Origin: a bacterium | Lineage (GTDB): Bacteria > UBA8248 | Length of the DNA stretch: 64,000 nt | Assembly: GCA_965213685.1 (NCBI GenBank) | Contig: CBDBZY010000003.1 | Location: forward strand, 192,001 to 256,000 | Reading direction: 5' to 3' | Shown here: positions 1-10,512 of the stretch, piece by piece | Layout: each line of letters opens with the position of its first letter | Position numbering within the stretch: the first letter of the stretch is position 1 | Notes under the pieces: generated by a model | Database searches by the model: none | What the model saw: the letters and a program-made list of their open reading frames with translations, nothing else | Told to the model about the DNA's origin: nothing | Position numbers and translations under genes: made by a program

Positions 1-42
1 CGGTTCACGCGGGAGGTGCTGCCGCACCTGCGCCTCGGGTGA
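1..42 (+). CDS. C-terminal end of a gene entering the window, probably an LLM-class oxidoreductase
   Basis: Frame 1 reads RFTREVLPHLRLG*, resembling the typical LLM C-terminus (compare AKEIIPRLRAG at 5679); only 13 codons visible. Confidence 0.4.
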   Translation, partial: RFTREVLPHLRLG

Positions 43-151
43 GGCCGGGGCGTCTCCGCCCCCGGGCGCCTCCGTCGCGCGTATCCCGGCGTCGCCCCGG
101 TGCTTTCATGCGGGCTGGCCGGCGTGCCGGATACGGATCCACGCCCCTGCG

Positions 152-1480
152 CTAGAATTCCGCCTCCTCGGCGCCTGGAATCCGGAGAGAGCGAAACGCA
201 CCATCCAGCCCGCCCAGGGGCGCCGTGGCGTCGAGGCCCATCTTCGTCGTGACGCCATCCCTGGCGGAGGGGTCCAGGCGGCTGCCCCAGGCTCCGGGGA
301 CGGTGAACAAATCCGCGTCCGCCTGAAAGCGCGTCGCCAGCGCCCAGTCCACCTGCGCCGGGTTGTGGACGTCGATGTCGTGATCCACGCAAATGGCGTG
401 CTTGACGTCGTAGTGCGCGGAGAGCGCGGCCATGAGCGCGCTTTTTGCTTCGCCCTCGTTGGCCTTTCGCATCTGAATCACGCAGTGAAAGCGCCCCGCG
501 CCGGAGAGGGGGAGCGTCACGTCCGTGACGGAGGGAACCGCCTTCTGGAGGTCGCGCAAGAGCGCCGCCTCCCTCGGCACGGCGCCCATCAGCAGGTGGT
601 CATACCCCGCCGCCACGATGGAGTAAAAGACGGGCGCCTCCCGCATGGCGATGGACTTCACCCGGAAGACCTCCCGATCGTCCGCCGGGCCATAGTAGCC
701 CGGAAACTCGCCAAAGGGGCCCTCCCGTCTGCGCTCTTTCGGCGGAATTTCCCCCTCGAGCACGATTTCGGCCCCGGTGGGCACGGGAATCCCCGACCAG
801 GGGGCGGGAGTCACGTCGACGGCGCGGCCCTTCAGCCCGCCCGCCGCCTCCAGCTCGTCTTCGCCGGGTGCGAGCACGAGCTGGCTCGCCATGAGGAGGA
901 GGGGGTCCAGCCCCACGCAAACGGCCGCGCGGAGGGATTCCCCCCGATCGGCGGCGCGCCGCATCATGCCCTTCAGGTGGCGCGGCAGGACGAGCAGGCC
1001 GAACAGGTCGGAATCCAGGGCGTGCATCCTGTGAATCGAGACGTTCCCCGCGCCCGCCTCCGGGTCCCGGGCGATGAATACGCCGGCGGAGATATAAGGG
1101 CCGCCGTCCAGCTCGTGGTAGGTGGGCAGGGGAAGAATTTTTTGGACGTCGATTTCCGCGGTGATGATTTTGTGGAGAAATGGCGCGTCGGACACCGCCC
1201 TCGGCTTGATTTTCCGCTCCTGCCTTCGCTGCGTCTCGCGGAGCAGGTCCTGGGGCGCCACCCCCATCGCATCGGCGTACCAAGCCCTCCGGCAGGCGAC
1301 GTTGGCGGCGACGGGCATGGGCGCGCCGTCCGTTCGCTCGAACACCAGGGCGGTGCGCCCGTCCGCCTTTTGGGAGAGGGCGGCGACCTCGTAGCGCAGG
1401 GAGACCCTCCGCGATACGCGCCGGAGGCGTCCGGTGCGTTCCAGGTGCGCGAGCCATCCTCGGAAGTCGTGGGCGTCCAT
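152..1480 (-). CDS. UbiD family (prFMN-dependent) decarboxylase
   Basis: 442 aa; DFRGWLAHLERTGRL N-terminus, DGGPYISAG, EGPFGEFPGYY, VDHDIDV..VDWALATR and KMGLDAT motifs. Confidence 0.92.
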   Translation of the reverse strand: MDAHDFRGWLAHLERTGRLRRVSRRVSLRYEVAALSQKADGRTALVFERTDGAPMPVAANVACRRAWYADAMGVAPQDLLRETQRRQERKIKPRAVSDAPFLHKIITAEIDVQKILPLPTYHELDGGPYISAGVFIARDPEAGAGNVSIHRMHALDSDLFGLLVLPRHLKGMMRRAADRGESLRAAVCVGLDPLLLMASQLVLAPGEDELEAAGGLKGRAVDVTPAPWSGIPVPTGAEIVLEGEIPPKERRREGPFGEFPGYYGPADDREVFRVKSIAMREAPVFYSIVAAGYDHLLMGAVPREAALLRDLQKAVPSVTDVTLPLSGAGRFHCVIQMRKANEGEAKSALMAALSAHYDVKHAICVDHDIDVHNPAQVDWALATRFQADADLFTVPGAWGSRLDPSARDGVTTKMGLDATAPLGGLDGAFRSLRIPGAEEAEF

Positions 1481-1548
1481 CCGCCTAGCATGGCAAATGG
1501 CGCGTGAGGCGTCAAAAGCGCGTTGCGCATCGCCGCGCCCCGTTTTAC

Positions 1549-1583
1549 TCTATAAATAGAAGAGGCTGTTAGATAGAAGAGGC
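1549..1583. promoter_or_regulatory. AT-rich divergent promoter region with an 11-bp direct repeat (ATAGAAGAGGC x2) and a TCTAT-aa-ATAGA palindrome; putative operator
   Basis: Copies at 1556-1566 and 1573-1583; palindrome 1549-1560; lies between divergent ubiD and CoA-transferase genes. Confidence 0.4.
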
Positions 1584-1689
1584 CATTCTTTTTTGGAGAG
1601 GGGGGAGGGGCGACCGGCGCGGGGATTTCCGATTGCGCGGAATGCCCCGGCGCGGAGGGCCAGCGATCCCCCGCTTGGTGGAGGAAAAC

Positions 1690-2649
1690 GTGACCCAGGA
1701 TTATCTTTCGCTCCGGGAGCGCACCCAGTCGCGGGATCGCAGCCTCCGGGAGAAGGTGATGACGCTCGAGGACGCCTGCGATTTGGTGGGCGACGGCGCG
1801 CACGTCGGGCTCGGGGGGCTCCACGGCTTCGAGAACCCCGTTCGCCATGATATGGGCGTTGATACGCGCGGGGCGGAAGAACCTCTCCTTCTCCAGGAGC
1901 ATCGTCTCCACCGAGGGCGACCCTCATCTTCGCCTCCGGCCTCGGGAACCACATTCTCACGAGCTGGTTCAGCCAGGGGAATCGTCTGGGGCGTTTCGCG
2001 CGTGATGCGGCATTTCACCGAAAACAGGCTGGCGCGCTTCGAGGAATGGAGCCACATGTCCATCGGCCTCCGGTACAGGGCGGGGGGCGATGGGCGTTCC
2101 GTTCATGCCGATGCGCTCCATGATGGGGTCGGGACGTGGCAGGTCGGCTGGAGAACCTCGAGGAGATGACGTGCCCCTTCACGGGCGAGAGAATCCTCCT
2201 GGTGCCGGCGCTGAACCCCGACGTCGCCCTGATTCACGCGCAGCGGTGCGACCCGTACGGCAACGCGCAGCTCGACGGCCTGACGTTCATGGACATCGAC
2301 ATGGCGATGGCGGCCAACCGCGTCATCCTGACGACCGAGCGCATCATATCGAACGATCAGATCAGAAGGGCGCCCGACCAGACGAGGATACCCTTTTTCA
2401 CCGTCGACGCGGTGGTGGAGGCGCCCTACGGATGCGCACCGCACGAGTGTTATGGCGCGTATGAGCCCCTGTTCTCCCACATGGACTACTACGCGGAGCT
2501 CACGCGAAAGGAGCCGATGGAGGGCGTGAAGGCGTATCTGGAGGAATACTACCACGCGCCCGCGAACTGGACGGAGTATCTCGAGCGCATCGGGCTGGAG
2601 GCGCTCCTGGACGCGGGCCCGGCGGGGGAGGAGCATTTATGACGATTGA
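1690..2649 (+). CDS. Family I CoA-transferase subunit A (GctA/PcaI-like), several frameshifts (likely sequencing errors)
   Basis: GGAGG RBS then GTG; joined segments give KVMTLEDACDLVGDG, RFEEWSHMSIGLRYRAG/AMGVPFMPMRSMMGS and LVPALNPDVALIHAQRCDPYGNAQ; breaks fall at G/C runs. Confidence 0.85.
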
Positions 2650-3414
2650 GACGAGAGGCTTCACGGCGTCCGAGCTGCTGTGCGTCATGAGCGCCCGCGC
2701 GCTCGAGGATGGCCAGGTCGTTTTCGCGGGCGTGGGGATTCCGTTGCTGGCCGCCACGCTGGCCCAGCGCCTGCACGCCCCGGGCGTGACGATTCTTTTC
2801 GAGGGCGGCACCATCGGCCCGCACGTGGTGCCCGGCGCGCTTCCGCCCACCACGAACGAGCAGCGCTGCACGCGCAAGGCGAACATGCTGGTGAGCATCA
2901 CCGAGGTGTTGCTCCTGCTGCAGCGCGGGTATGTGGACGTGGGGTTCATGGGAGGGGCGCAGATCGACCAGTACGGCAACCTGAAACAGCTCCTTCATCG
3001 GCAGCGCGGACGACCCGTCCGTGCGGCTGCCCGGCACGGGCGGGGGGAATGACATCTCGAGTCTCACCAAGGATGATCGTGGCGATGCCGCAGGAGAGAC
3101 GCCGCTTTGTGGAGAACGTGGATTTCATCACCAGCCCCGGCTACATCCGGGGCGGGACGTCAAGGCGCGATTCCGGATTGATAGCCGGCGGCATGTATCG
3201 CGTGATCACCGACCTGGCGATCTTGGGTTTTGACGATGAGACGGGCCGGATGCGCGTGGAGGCTTTGCACCCCGGCGTCACGGCGGAGCAGGTGCAGGAG
3301 AACACGGGCTTTGCGCTCATTGTCGACCCTTCGGTGGCGACCACGGAGCTCCCCACGGAGGAGGAGCTGGCCGCGCTTCGCCACCTGGATCCGGACAAAA
3401 TCTATACCGCGTAG
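2639..3414 (+). CDS. Family I CoA-transferase subunit B (GctB-like), frameshifted near 2985 and 3070
   Basis: VFAGVGIP, ILFEGG, DVGFMGGAQIDQYGN, RLPGTGGGNDI, VDFITSPG and VITDLAILGFD..EQVQENTGF across three frames. Confidence 0.87.
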
Positions 3415-3437
3415 CCAGAAAAACGCCGGGAGTTGTC

Positions 3438-4704
3438 ATGAGCCCCGAACACAGAGAAACGCTTTTGGCGCAGGTCGACGCCCATCGGGAGGAAATCATC
3501 TCCCTGCTCTCGAAACTCGTTCAGATACCGAGCGTGACGGGCGAGGAGGGAGAGATTCAAAACCATATCGCGGGCCTCCTGCGCGAGATGGGCCTGGAGG
3601 TGGACGTCTGGGAGTCGGACTGGGAGGCGCTGAAAAAACACCCCGAATACGTGCCCGTCACCAGAGGCTATGAGGGGAGGCCGAACGTGGTCGGCGTGCT
3701 CCGGGGCGCGGGCGGGGGCAGGTCCCTCCTGCTCAACGGCCACACCGACACCGTCCCGAATGGCCCGGACGACGCCTGGGAGCACGGGCCGCTTTCGGCG
3801 GACATCGTGGACGGCCGCTTGTACGGGCGCGGCTCCTCGGACATGAAAAGCGGGGTGGCGGCCATCATCATGGCGGCGAAGTGCTTCCTGGCGGCGGGGC
3901 TCCGGCCCAGGGGGGACGTCATCCTGGACTTCGTGGTCGATGAGGAGCTGAGCGGACACGGCACCCTCGACACCATTTTGCGGGGCTATACGGCGGATGC
4001 GGGGATATGCTGCGAGACGAGCGGGAACGCCATCCAGCCCGGCTGCATCGGCAGAATCTGGTTCGAGATACTGGTGCGCGGAAAGGCGGCGGGCATCCAG
4101 CGCAGGTATGAGGGGGGTGAACGCCATCGACCTGGGCTACCGGATCGTGCAGGCCGTGGCGGCACTCGAGAAAAAGCGCCTGGAGACGGTCTCCCATCCG
4201 CTGTATCCGAAGATGATCGACGCGATTCCCTGCATGGTCGGATCGATGGAGGCCGGCAGCTTCCCGAGCGCCTTTCCGGATACCTGCCTGCTCAAGGGGA
4301 GCCTGGCCACCGTGCCCGGCGAGGATCACGACGCGGCCAAGCAGAGCCTGGTCGATCAGGTGGCGGAGGCGGCACAAGAGGACCCGTGGATGCGGGCGCA
4401 TCCGCCGGAAGTCCGTTTTGTGGGATATTACGCCGAATCGGCCGAGGTGGACGCCGCGCACCCCATCGTCCGGACGGTGGCGAACGCCTACGCGGAAGTC
4501 TCGGGCAAGACGCCCGAAATATCCGGCCGCCAGGGGGCGGCGGATACGCGCTTTTTGAACGGCTTGGGCGTCCCGACGGTGATCTTCGGGCCGGGGCCGA
4601 CTACCCAGATGCACGCGAACAACGAGTGGGTGGCCGTGGAGGACGTGATCGACGCGACGAAAACGCTGGCGCTCTCCATCCTGGACTGGTGCGGGGCGGA
4701 ATAA
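3438..4704 (+). CDS. M20 ArgE/DapE family deacylase, one frameshift near 4112
   Basis: LLLNGHTDTV, YGRGSSDMKSG and VDEE motifs; C-terminal GAADTR..FGPG..QMHANNE in the second frame; break at a G6 run. Confidence 0.9.
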
Positions 4705-4722
4705 CTTCTCGAGGAAGACGAC

Positions 4723-5679
4723 ATGTCCGGAGCAGACGTGAAGTACGGAATCGCCATGCGCAACTTCACCGCCTACCCCGAACTCCCCGACCCGGGAGCG
4801 CTCATCGAATATGGCGTGCGGATGGAGGCGCTCGGTTTTGAATCGCTCTGGGTGTGGGATCACATTCTGCTGGGCGTGGAGCCGCATTTCCCCATCATCG
4901 AGTCGCTGACGCTTCTCACGGCGGTGGCCGCGCGGACGAGCCGGATCAAACTCGGCACGGGCGTGCTCGTCTTGCCGCTCAGGAATCCGCTCGTGCTCGC
5001 CAAGCAGCTCTCCAGCATCGATCAGATATCGAATGGCCGCCTCATCGTCGGCATGGCGTCCGGCTGGTACAAGCGCGAGTTCGACGCCGTGGGGGTTCCC
5101 TTCGAGAGGCGCGGCAAGATCATGGACGAGAATATCGAGATCATGACGCGCCTGTGGACGGAGGATATGGTGCGCGCGGAATACGGGCGCTACAACCTCA
5201 GAAACTCCGTCATGTTCCCCAAACCCGCGCAGCGGCCAAGGCCCCGCATCCTGATCGGGGGCTATGTCGACCGCGTGCTCAAGCGCGCGGGCACAAAGGG
5301 CGACGGCTGGCTCACCTACTTTTATACGCCCGAGAGCTTTGCGCGCTCCTGGGAGAAGGTGTGCCGCTTCGCGGAGGAGGCGGGCCGCGACCCCGCGGGG
5401 CTGGAGAGCACGAACCAGCTTCCCATCATGGTGGGCGAATCGCGCGCCGAGGTGGAGAGCCCGATGAACGAATGGCTCCACGCGGAGTGGGATTACGCCG
5501 CCTGGAGCGATTCCACGGCGGAGAGTGCGATCATCGGAGATGTCGACGATTGCGTGGAGCAGCTGCGCGCCCACATCGCCGCCGGGGTGGACCGGCTCAT
5601 CTTCGTCCCCTACAGATACGAGACGGCGCAAGTCGAGGTCGTGGCGAAGGAGATTATTCCTCGCCTGAGGGCGGGCTAG
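4723..5679 (+). CDS. LLM class flavin/F420-dependent oxidoreductase
   Basis: GFESLWVWDH, RIKLGTGVLVLPLRNP, SNGRLIVG, PKPAQRPRPRILIGG, GDGW. Confidence 0.92.
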   Translation: MSGADVKYGIAMRNFTAYPELPDPGALIEYGVRMEALGFESLWVWDHILLGVEPHFPIIESLTLLTAVAARTSRIKLGTGVLVLPLRNPLVLAKQLSSIDQISNGRLIVGMASGWYKREFDAVGVPFERRGKIMDENIEIMTRLWTEDMVRAEYGRYNLRNSVMFPKPAQRPRPRILIGGYVDRVLKRAGTKGDGWLTYFYTPESFARSWEKVCRFAEEAGRDPAGLESTNQLPIMVGESRAEVESPMNEWLHAEWDYAAWSDSTAESAIIGDVDDCVEQLRAHIAAGVDRLIFVPYRYETAQVEVVAKEIIPRLRAG

Positions 5680-5721
5680 GGCGAGGAGGGGGGGGCATCG
5701 CCTTCGATGGAGTGCGGAGAC

Positions 5722-6774
5722 ATGGAAGCGACATCGTGCGCATGGGACGCGGCGGGAGCGGTTTCCGGAACCATCATCGACGCGGTGGGATGCACCCCGC
5801 TGGTGCGGCTGGGGAGAATCGGGCGCGGGCTGGGGCCGGATATTTTCGCCAAAATCGAATGGTACTCTCCCACGGGCAGCCTGAAGGATCGCATCTACGC
5901 GCAGATGATCTCCCGGGCGGAGGCGCGCGGGGAGCTGACCCCGGGCAAGGTGATTCTGGAGTGCTCCTCGGGCAACGCGGGCATCGCCTGCGCGGCGGCG
6001 GCCGCGGTCAAGGGGTATGCGTGCGTCATCGTCATGCCGGAGTTGATGAGCCCGGAGCGCAAGAAGATGATTCGCGCCTTCGGGGCGGAACTCCTGACGA
6101 CGCCGGGCGGGGAGAGCGACGTGGACGTCGCCCTCGCGCGCATGAAGGAGATGGCCGCGCGCGAACCCGCGCGGTACTGGGTTCCCGCCGAGTTCGAGAA
6201 CATGGACAACGTGGACACGCACTACACCGCCTCCGGCCCTGAAATCTGGGAGCAGCTGGACGCCCGCGTCGATGCGCTCGTCGCGGCGGTGGGCACGGGC
6301 GGCTGGCTCACGGGCGTGGGGCGGTTTCTGAAGGAGAAGAACCCGGGGCTCAGAATCTTTGGCGTGGAGCCGACGGAGTCGCCGCTGATCAGCGAGGGGG
6401 TGTGCTGCGGGCACGGCATCGCGGGAATCGGCGACGGGTTGATTCCCAGCATCCTGGATTTGTCCATCATCGACGGCATCATCACCGTCTCGACGGAAGA
6501 GGCGCTGCGCATGGCGAGACGCGCCTCGCGGGAGGAGGGGCTTTTTTGCGGCATCTCCTCGGGCTGCAACCTGGCCGCCGCGATAAAGTTCGCGCGCTCC
6601 TATCCCGAATCCGGTCGAATCGTCACCGTTTTCGGGGATTCGGGCGGGCGCTACTTTTCCACCCCGCTGTGCCATGACGAACCGCAGATGGAGGCGGCGC
6701 TCCGCAACGTGGTCGAAGGGGACAAGGAGATGATGCTCCAGAAGTTCCGGCACGCATGGGAAATCATTGAATGA
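5722..6774 (+). CDS. PLP-dependent cysteine synthase family protein, paralog 1
   Basis: GCTPLVRL, SPTGSLKDRI (PLP lysine), ECSSGNAG, GTGGW, GISSG; alternative start 5707. Confidence 0.9.
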   Translation: MEATSCAWDAAGAVSGTIIDAVGCTPLVRLGRIGRGLGPDIFAKIEWYSPTGSLKDRIYAQMISRAEARGELTPGKVILECSSGNAGIACAAAAAVKGYACVIVMPELMSPERKKMIRAFGAELLTTPGGESDVDVALARMKEMAAREPARYWVPAEFENMDNVDTHYTASGPEIWEQLDARVDALVAAVGTGGWLTGVGRFLKEKNPGLRIFGVEPTESPLISEGVCCGHGIAGIGDGLIPSILDLSIIDGIITVSTEEALRMARRASREEGLFCGISSGCNLAAAIKFARSYPESGRIVTVFGDSGGRYFSTPLCHDEPQMEAALRNVVEGDKEMMLQKFRHAWEIIE

Positions 6775-6806
6775 GGTTTTTTCCTCCTTTTTAGGGCGCG
6801 GGCGTC

Positions 6807-7862
6807 ATGGGCATTCGGAAAAGGGATTGGGATTCGTACCGGCGCTATTCGGAGAGCATTCTCGACGCGATCGGCGGGACGCCCCTGGTGCGCCTGAACC
6901 GGGCGGCGTCGGACGTTGCGCCCGTCATCTACGCCAAGCTGGAGTGGTATTCGCCGTCGGGCAGCCTGAAGGATCGCATCTATCTCAACATGATCCTCAA
7001 GGCGGAGGAGCGCGGCGACCTGACGGCCGGCATGACGGCGCTCGAATGCTCCACCGGCAACGCGGGCATCGCCTGCGCCTTCGTCTGCGCGGTCAAGGGC
7101 TATCCCTGCGTCGTGGTCATGCCCGAGGGCATGAGCGATGAGCGCAAGAAACTCATGCGGGCGTATGGCGCCGACCTGGTGTTTACGCCGGGCGGGGAGA
7201 GCGACGTGGACTTGGCCCTGGAGAAGCTCGAGGAAATCCGCTCGGCCGCGCCCGGGAAATACTGGGTTCCCGCGCAGTTCGACAACCTCGACAACAACGA
7301 GGCGCACTACCTCACGACGGGGCCCGAGATTTGGGAGCAACTGAACGGGCGCGTCGACGCCGTCGTGGCCTCGCAGGGCACGGGCGGCTGGGTGAGCGGG
7401 GTGGGGAAGTTCCTGCGGGAGGACAACCCGGACGTCAGGCTGTATGCGGTGGAGCCCCAGGAGTGTCCGCTCCTGAGCCAGCGGGGCTGGGGGCCGCACG
7501 GCATCGAGGGCATCGGCGACGGCTTCGTGCCGAGGGCGCTCGACCTGTCGCAGCTTTCGGGAATCGTGACGACGACGACGGACGAGTCGGTCGAAATGGC
7601 GCGGCGCCTGGCGCGCGAGGAGGGAATGTTCTGCGGCATCTCCTCCGGATGCAACGTGGCCGCCGCCGTCAAGCTGGCCCGCAGACACCCCGAGCTGGGC
7701 AACATCGTCACGAACGTCAACGATACGGGACAGCGCTATTTCACCACGGCTTTGTGCGGGGAGGAGAAGCGCGTGGAGATTCCCGATCGGTACCATGAGG
7801 TGGACGCATACAGCGCGGCGCAACTGGATCGGTATGCCAGCGAATGGGAAATCATCACCTAG
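6807..7862 (+). CDS. PLP-dependent cysteine synthase family protein, paralog 2
   Basis: GGTPLVRL, SPSGSLKDRI, ECSTGNAG, QFDN, HGIEGIG, GISSG, DTGQRYF. Confidence 0.92.
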   Translation: MGIRKRDWDSYRRYSESILDAIGGTPLVRLNRAASDVAPVIYAKLEWYSPSGSLKDRIYLNMILKAEERGDLTAGMTALECSTGNAGIACAFVCAVKGYPCVVVMPEGMSDERKKLMRAYGADLVFTPGGESDVDLALEKLEEIRSAAPGKYWVPAQFDNLDNNEAHYLTTGPEIWEQLNGRVDAVVASQGTGGWVSGVGKFLREDNPDVRLYAVEPQECPLLSQRGWGPHGIEGIGDGFVPRALDLSQLSGIVTTTTDESVEMARRLAREEGMFCGISSGCNVAAAVKLARRHPELGNIVTNVNDTGQRYFTTALCGEEKRVEIPDRYHEVDAYSAAQLDRYASEWEIIT

Positions 7863-7893
7863 CACGCACCGCTGAAACGTTTGGGGAAAGCGC

Positions 7894-8760
7894 GTGATTT
7901 ACGCCCAAATCCTGATCAACAGCGTTCTTCTGGGCGGCATCTACGCCTGCATCGCCGTCGGCTTCTCGCTCGTCTGGGGCGTGATGAACATCCTCAACGT
8001 TCTGCACGGCACGTTTCTGATGCTGGGCGGCTACGTCACGTTCTGGATGTTTCGGCTCTATGGCGTGGATCCGTTTCTGTCCCTGCCGGTGTCCGCCGTC
8101 GCGATGTTCTGCGTCGGCTACGCCGTGCAGCGCGGACTGATCAACAAAATCGTGCGCGCCCCCATGTTCATGTCCCTGATTCTCACCTTTGGCCTGCAGC
8201 TGATCGTCGTGCGGCTGGCGATATTCTTCTTCACTGGCGACTTCCGGTCCGTGCAGCCCCCCTATTCGAGTTTCTCCATCTCGTTCTGGGGACTCGTGAT
8301 TCCGTTCGTGCGCGTCTCCATATTCGTGCTCGGCGTCATCCTCACCGCCATCCTCTTCTGGTTCATGGTGCGAACGCGCACGGGCCGGGCCATCCGGGCG
8401 ACGCGGATGGACCTGGACTCCGCCCAGCTCATGGGCGTCGACATCGGGAAGATATACGCCGTCACATACGGGATCGGGGCGGCCGTCGCCGCCACGTCCG
8501 GCTCCCTCGTCAGCGTGGGCTTCGCCATCTCGCCGGTGAGCGACGTGGAGTTTCTCTCGAAATCCTTCATCATCTGCACCATCGGGGGGCTGGGGAACAT
8601 CACGGGAGCACTCGCGGGGGGTCTCATCCTGGGTCTCGCCGAGAACTTCGGCGCCTTGTATCTCGGCCCCGGGCTGCAAAACGCCATCGGTTACGTGCTG
8701 CTGATTCTGGTCCTCTTCATCCGGCCCTCGGGGCTGATGGGCAGAAAGGGTTTCGAGTAG
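7894..8760 (+). CDS. Branched-chain amino acid (HAAT) ABC permease, LivH-like
   Basis: GGIYACIAVGFSLVWGVMNILN, RTRTGRAIRA, IGGLGNITGA; hydrophobic. Confidence 0.92.
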   Translation: MIYAQILINSVLLGGIYACIAVGFSLVWGVMNILNVLHGTFLMLGGYVTFWMFRLYGVDPFLSLPVSAVAMFCVGYAVQRGLINKIVRAPMFMSLILTFGLQLIVVRLAIFFFTGDFRSVQPPYSSFSISFWGLVIPFVRVSIFVLGVILTAILFWFMVRTRTGRAIRATRMDLDSAQLMGVDIGKIYAVTYGIGAAVAATSGSLVSVGFAISPVSDVEFLSKSFIICTIGGLGNITGALAGGLILGLAENFGALYLGPGLQNAIGYVLLILVLFIRPSGLMGRKGFE

Positions 8761-8761
8761 C

Positions 8762-9745
8762 ATGTTCAGACCCTGGTCCAGCGTCCAATGGCTCGGCATG
8801 GCGGCGGTGGCCCTCGCCCTCGCGCTCCTGCCCTCCTTCGTGGAAAACGACGAGATTCGCAAGTGGATGGACATCCTGATGGTGGCGATACTGGCCACGA
8901 GCTGGAATTTCATCGGCGGCCTGACGGGCTACCCCTCCTTCGCGCCCGCCGCCTTTTTCGGGCTGGGCGCCTACACGACGGCCATCCTGATGAACGCGGG
9001 CTTCGATTTTTTCCTGACCCTGGGCGCCGGCGCCTGCCTGGGCGCTCTCGTGGCGCTCATCCTGGGCGTCCCCATATTGAGGCTGCGCGGCCACTACTTC
9101 GCCATCGCCACCTTCGGCGTGGCGGAGTTTTTCCGGGAGCTGGCGGACAACCTGCGCATTACCGGCGGGGGGGATGGCATCAATCTCCCCCAGATTACGG
9201 GGGGGCCGGATTATTTTACGCGCTTTTTTTATTTCTCCATGCTCGGCGTGGCCGTGCTCGCGTTCCTGACGCAGTATTTCGTCACCCGTCACCGCCTGGG
9301 CTACGGGCTCGTCGCCATTCGCGAGAACGAGGACGCAGCCGCCATGACGGGGGTGAACACGACGAAATACAAGATCATCGCCTTCGTGCTCTCCGCCATT
9401 TTCCCCGCGATGGGCGGCGGCGTGTACGCCTACCGCGCCGCGTTTCTCGAGCCTGTCGACGTTTTTGACATCATGTTTTCCATCAAGGCGATCATCATGT
9501 CGATGCTCGGCGGCGTGGGCACGGTGATGGGGCCGATCGTGGGTGCGTTGACGATGGAATTTCTCGCGGACTACCTCTGGGGGGCGTTCACGGAATTCCA
9601 CAGCGTGTTCCTCGGAGTTATCATCGTGCTGGTCGTATTGTTCCTCCCGCGCGGACTGATGCCCCTCTCGCAGGAGATAAGAAGGCGCGGATGGGGGTCC
9701 CTGGGACTGACCCTCAAGAGCAACATACAGAGGTTTCGGGTGTGA
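8762..9745 (+). CDS. HAAT ABC permease, LivM-like
   Basis: SWNFIGGLTGY, LRLRGHYFAIAT, AIRENEDAA, GGVGTVMGPIVGA. Confidence 0.92.
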   Translation: MFRPWSSVQWLGMAAVALALALLPSFVENDEIRKWMDILMVAILATSWNFIGGLTGYPSFAPAAFFGLGAYTTAILMNAGFDFFLTLGAGACLGALVALILGVPILRLRGHYFAIATFGVAEFFRELADNLRITGGGDGINLPQITGGPDYFTRFFYFSMLGVAVLAFLTQYFVTRHRLGYGLVAIRENEDAAAMTGVNTTKYKIIAFVLSAIFPAMGGGVYAYRAAFLEPVDVFDIMFSIKAIIMSMLGGVGTVMGPIVGALTMEFLADYLWGAFTEFHSVFLGVIIVLVVLFLPRGLMPLSQEIRRRGWGSLGLTLKSNIQRFRV

Positions 9746-10510
9746 GCCAGACGCTTTTGGAGGGCAGGCGCGTCACGAAGCGCTTCGGCGGGCTCACCGC
9801 CGTCTCGGCGGTGGATTTCACCGTCCGGAAGGGGGAGATACTGGGCGTCATCGGCCCGAACGGCGCGGGCAAGACGACGCTCCTCAACTGCATCACGGGG
9901 CTGGACCCGCCCGACGGGGGCGAAATCCTGTTTCGCGGCGAGCGCATCGAGACCCTCAAGCCCCATGCGATCACGAGAAAAGGGGTGGCGCGGACGTTTC
10001 AGATCGTCCAGCCCTTCTCGGGCCTCGCCGTGCGCGACAACGTCGCCATGGGCGCGTTGTTCGGCTCCCGGAAGTCGAGAAAGGAGGTGAGGCGCGCGCA
10101 GGGTCTCGCGGATGAGATGCTGGCGTTCGTCGGGCTGAGCGACAAGGCCGCCCAGCTCGCCTCCCAGCTCACGCTCGCCGAGCGCAAGCGCCTGGAGTTC
10201 GCCAAGTCGCTCGCCACGGAGCCGGAGGTGCTGCTCCTCGACGAGGTGAACGCCGGCCTGAACACGAGGGAAATCCAAAACGCCATCTCCCTCATCCACA
10301 AGGTGCGGGAGCAGGGCGTGACCATTCTGGTGATCGAGCATCTGATGAAGGTGATCACGGATCTGTCGGATCGCGTCATCGTCCTGCATCACGGGGAGAA
10401 GATAGCGGAGGGGGCCGCCGCGCGAGGTGACGAGCGACGCGCAGGTCATCAAGGCGTATCTGGGCGAGAAGTACGTGGCGATGATGGAGAAATGGAGAGA
10501 GGAATCCTGA
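9742..10510 (+). CDS. HAAT ABC ATP-binding protein, LivG-like; +1 frameshift near 10410
   Basis: GPNGAGKTT, LLLDEVNAG, IEH; corrected end IAEGPPREVTSDAQVIKAYLGEKY...EES*; GTG overlaps the upstream TGA. Confidence 0.88.
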
Positions 10511-10512
10511 CG

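Noticed and set aside
3919-6753. 944-aa antisense ORF and similar long shadow ORFs (e.g. 34073-35938, 36187-38295, 27128-28924)
   Set aside because: They lie opposite well-supported genes, have no family motifs and are expected in high-GC DNA
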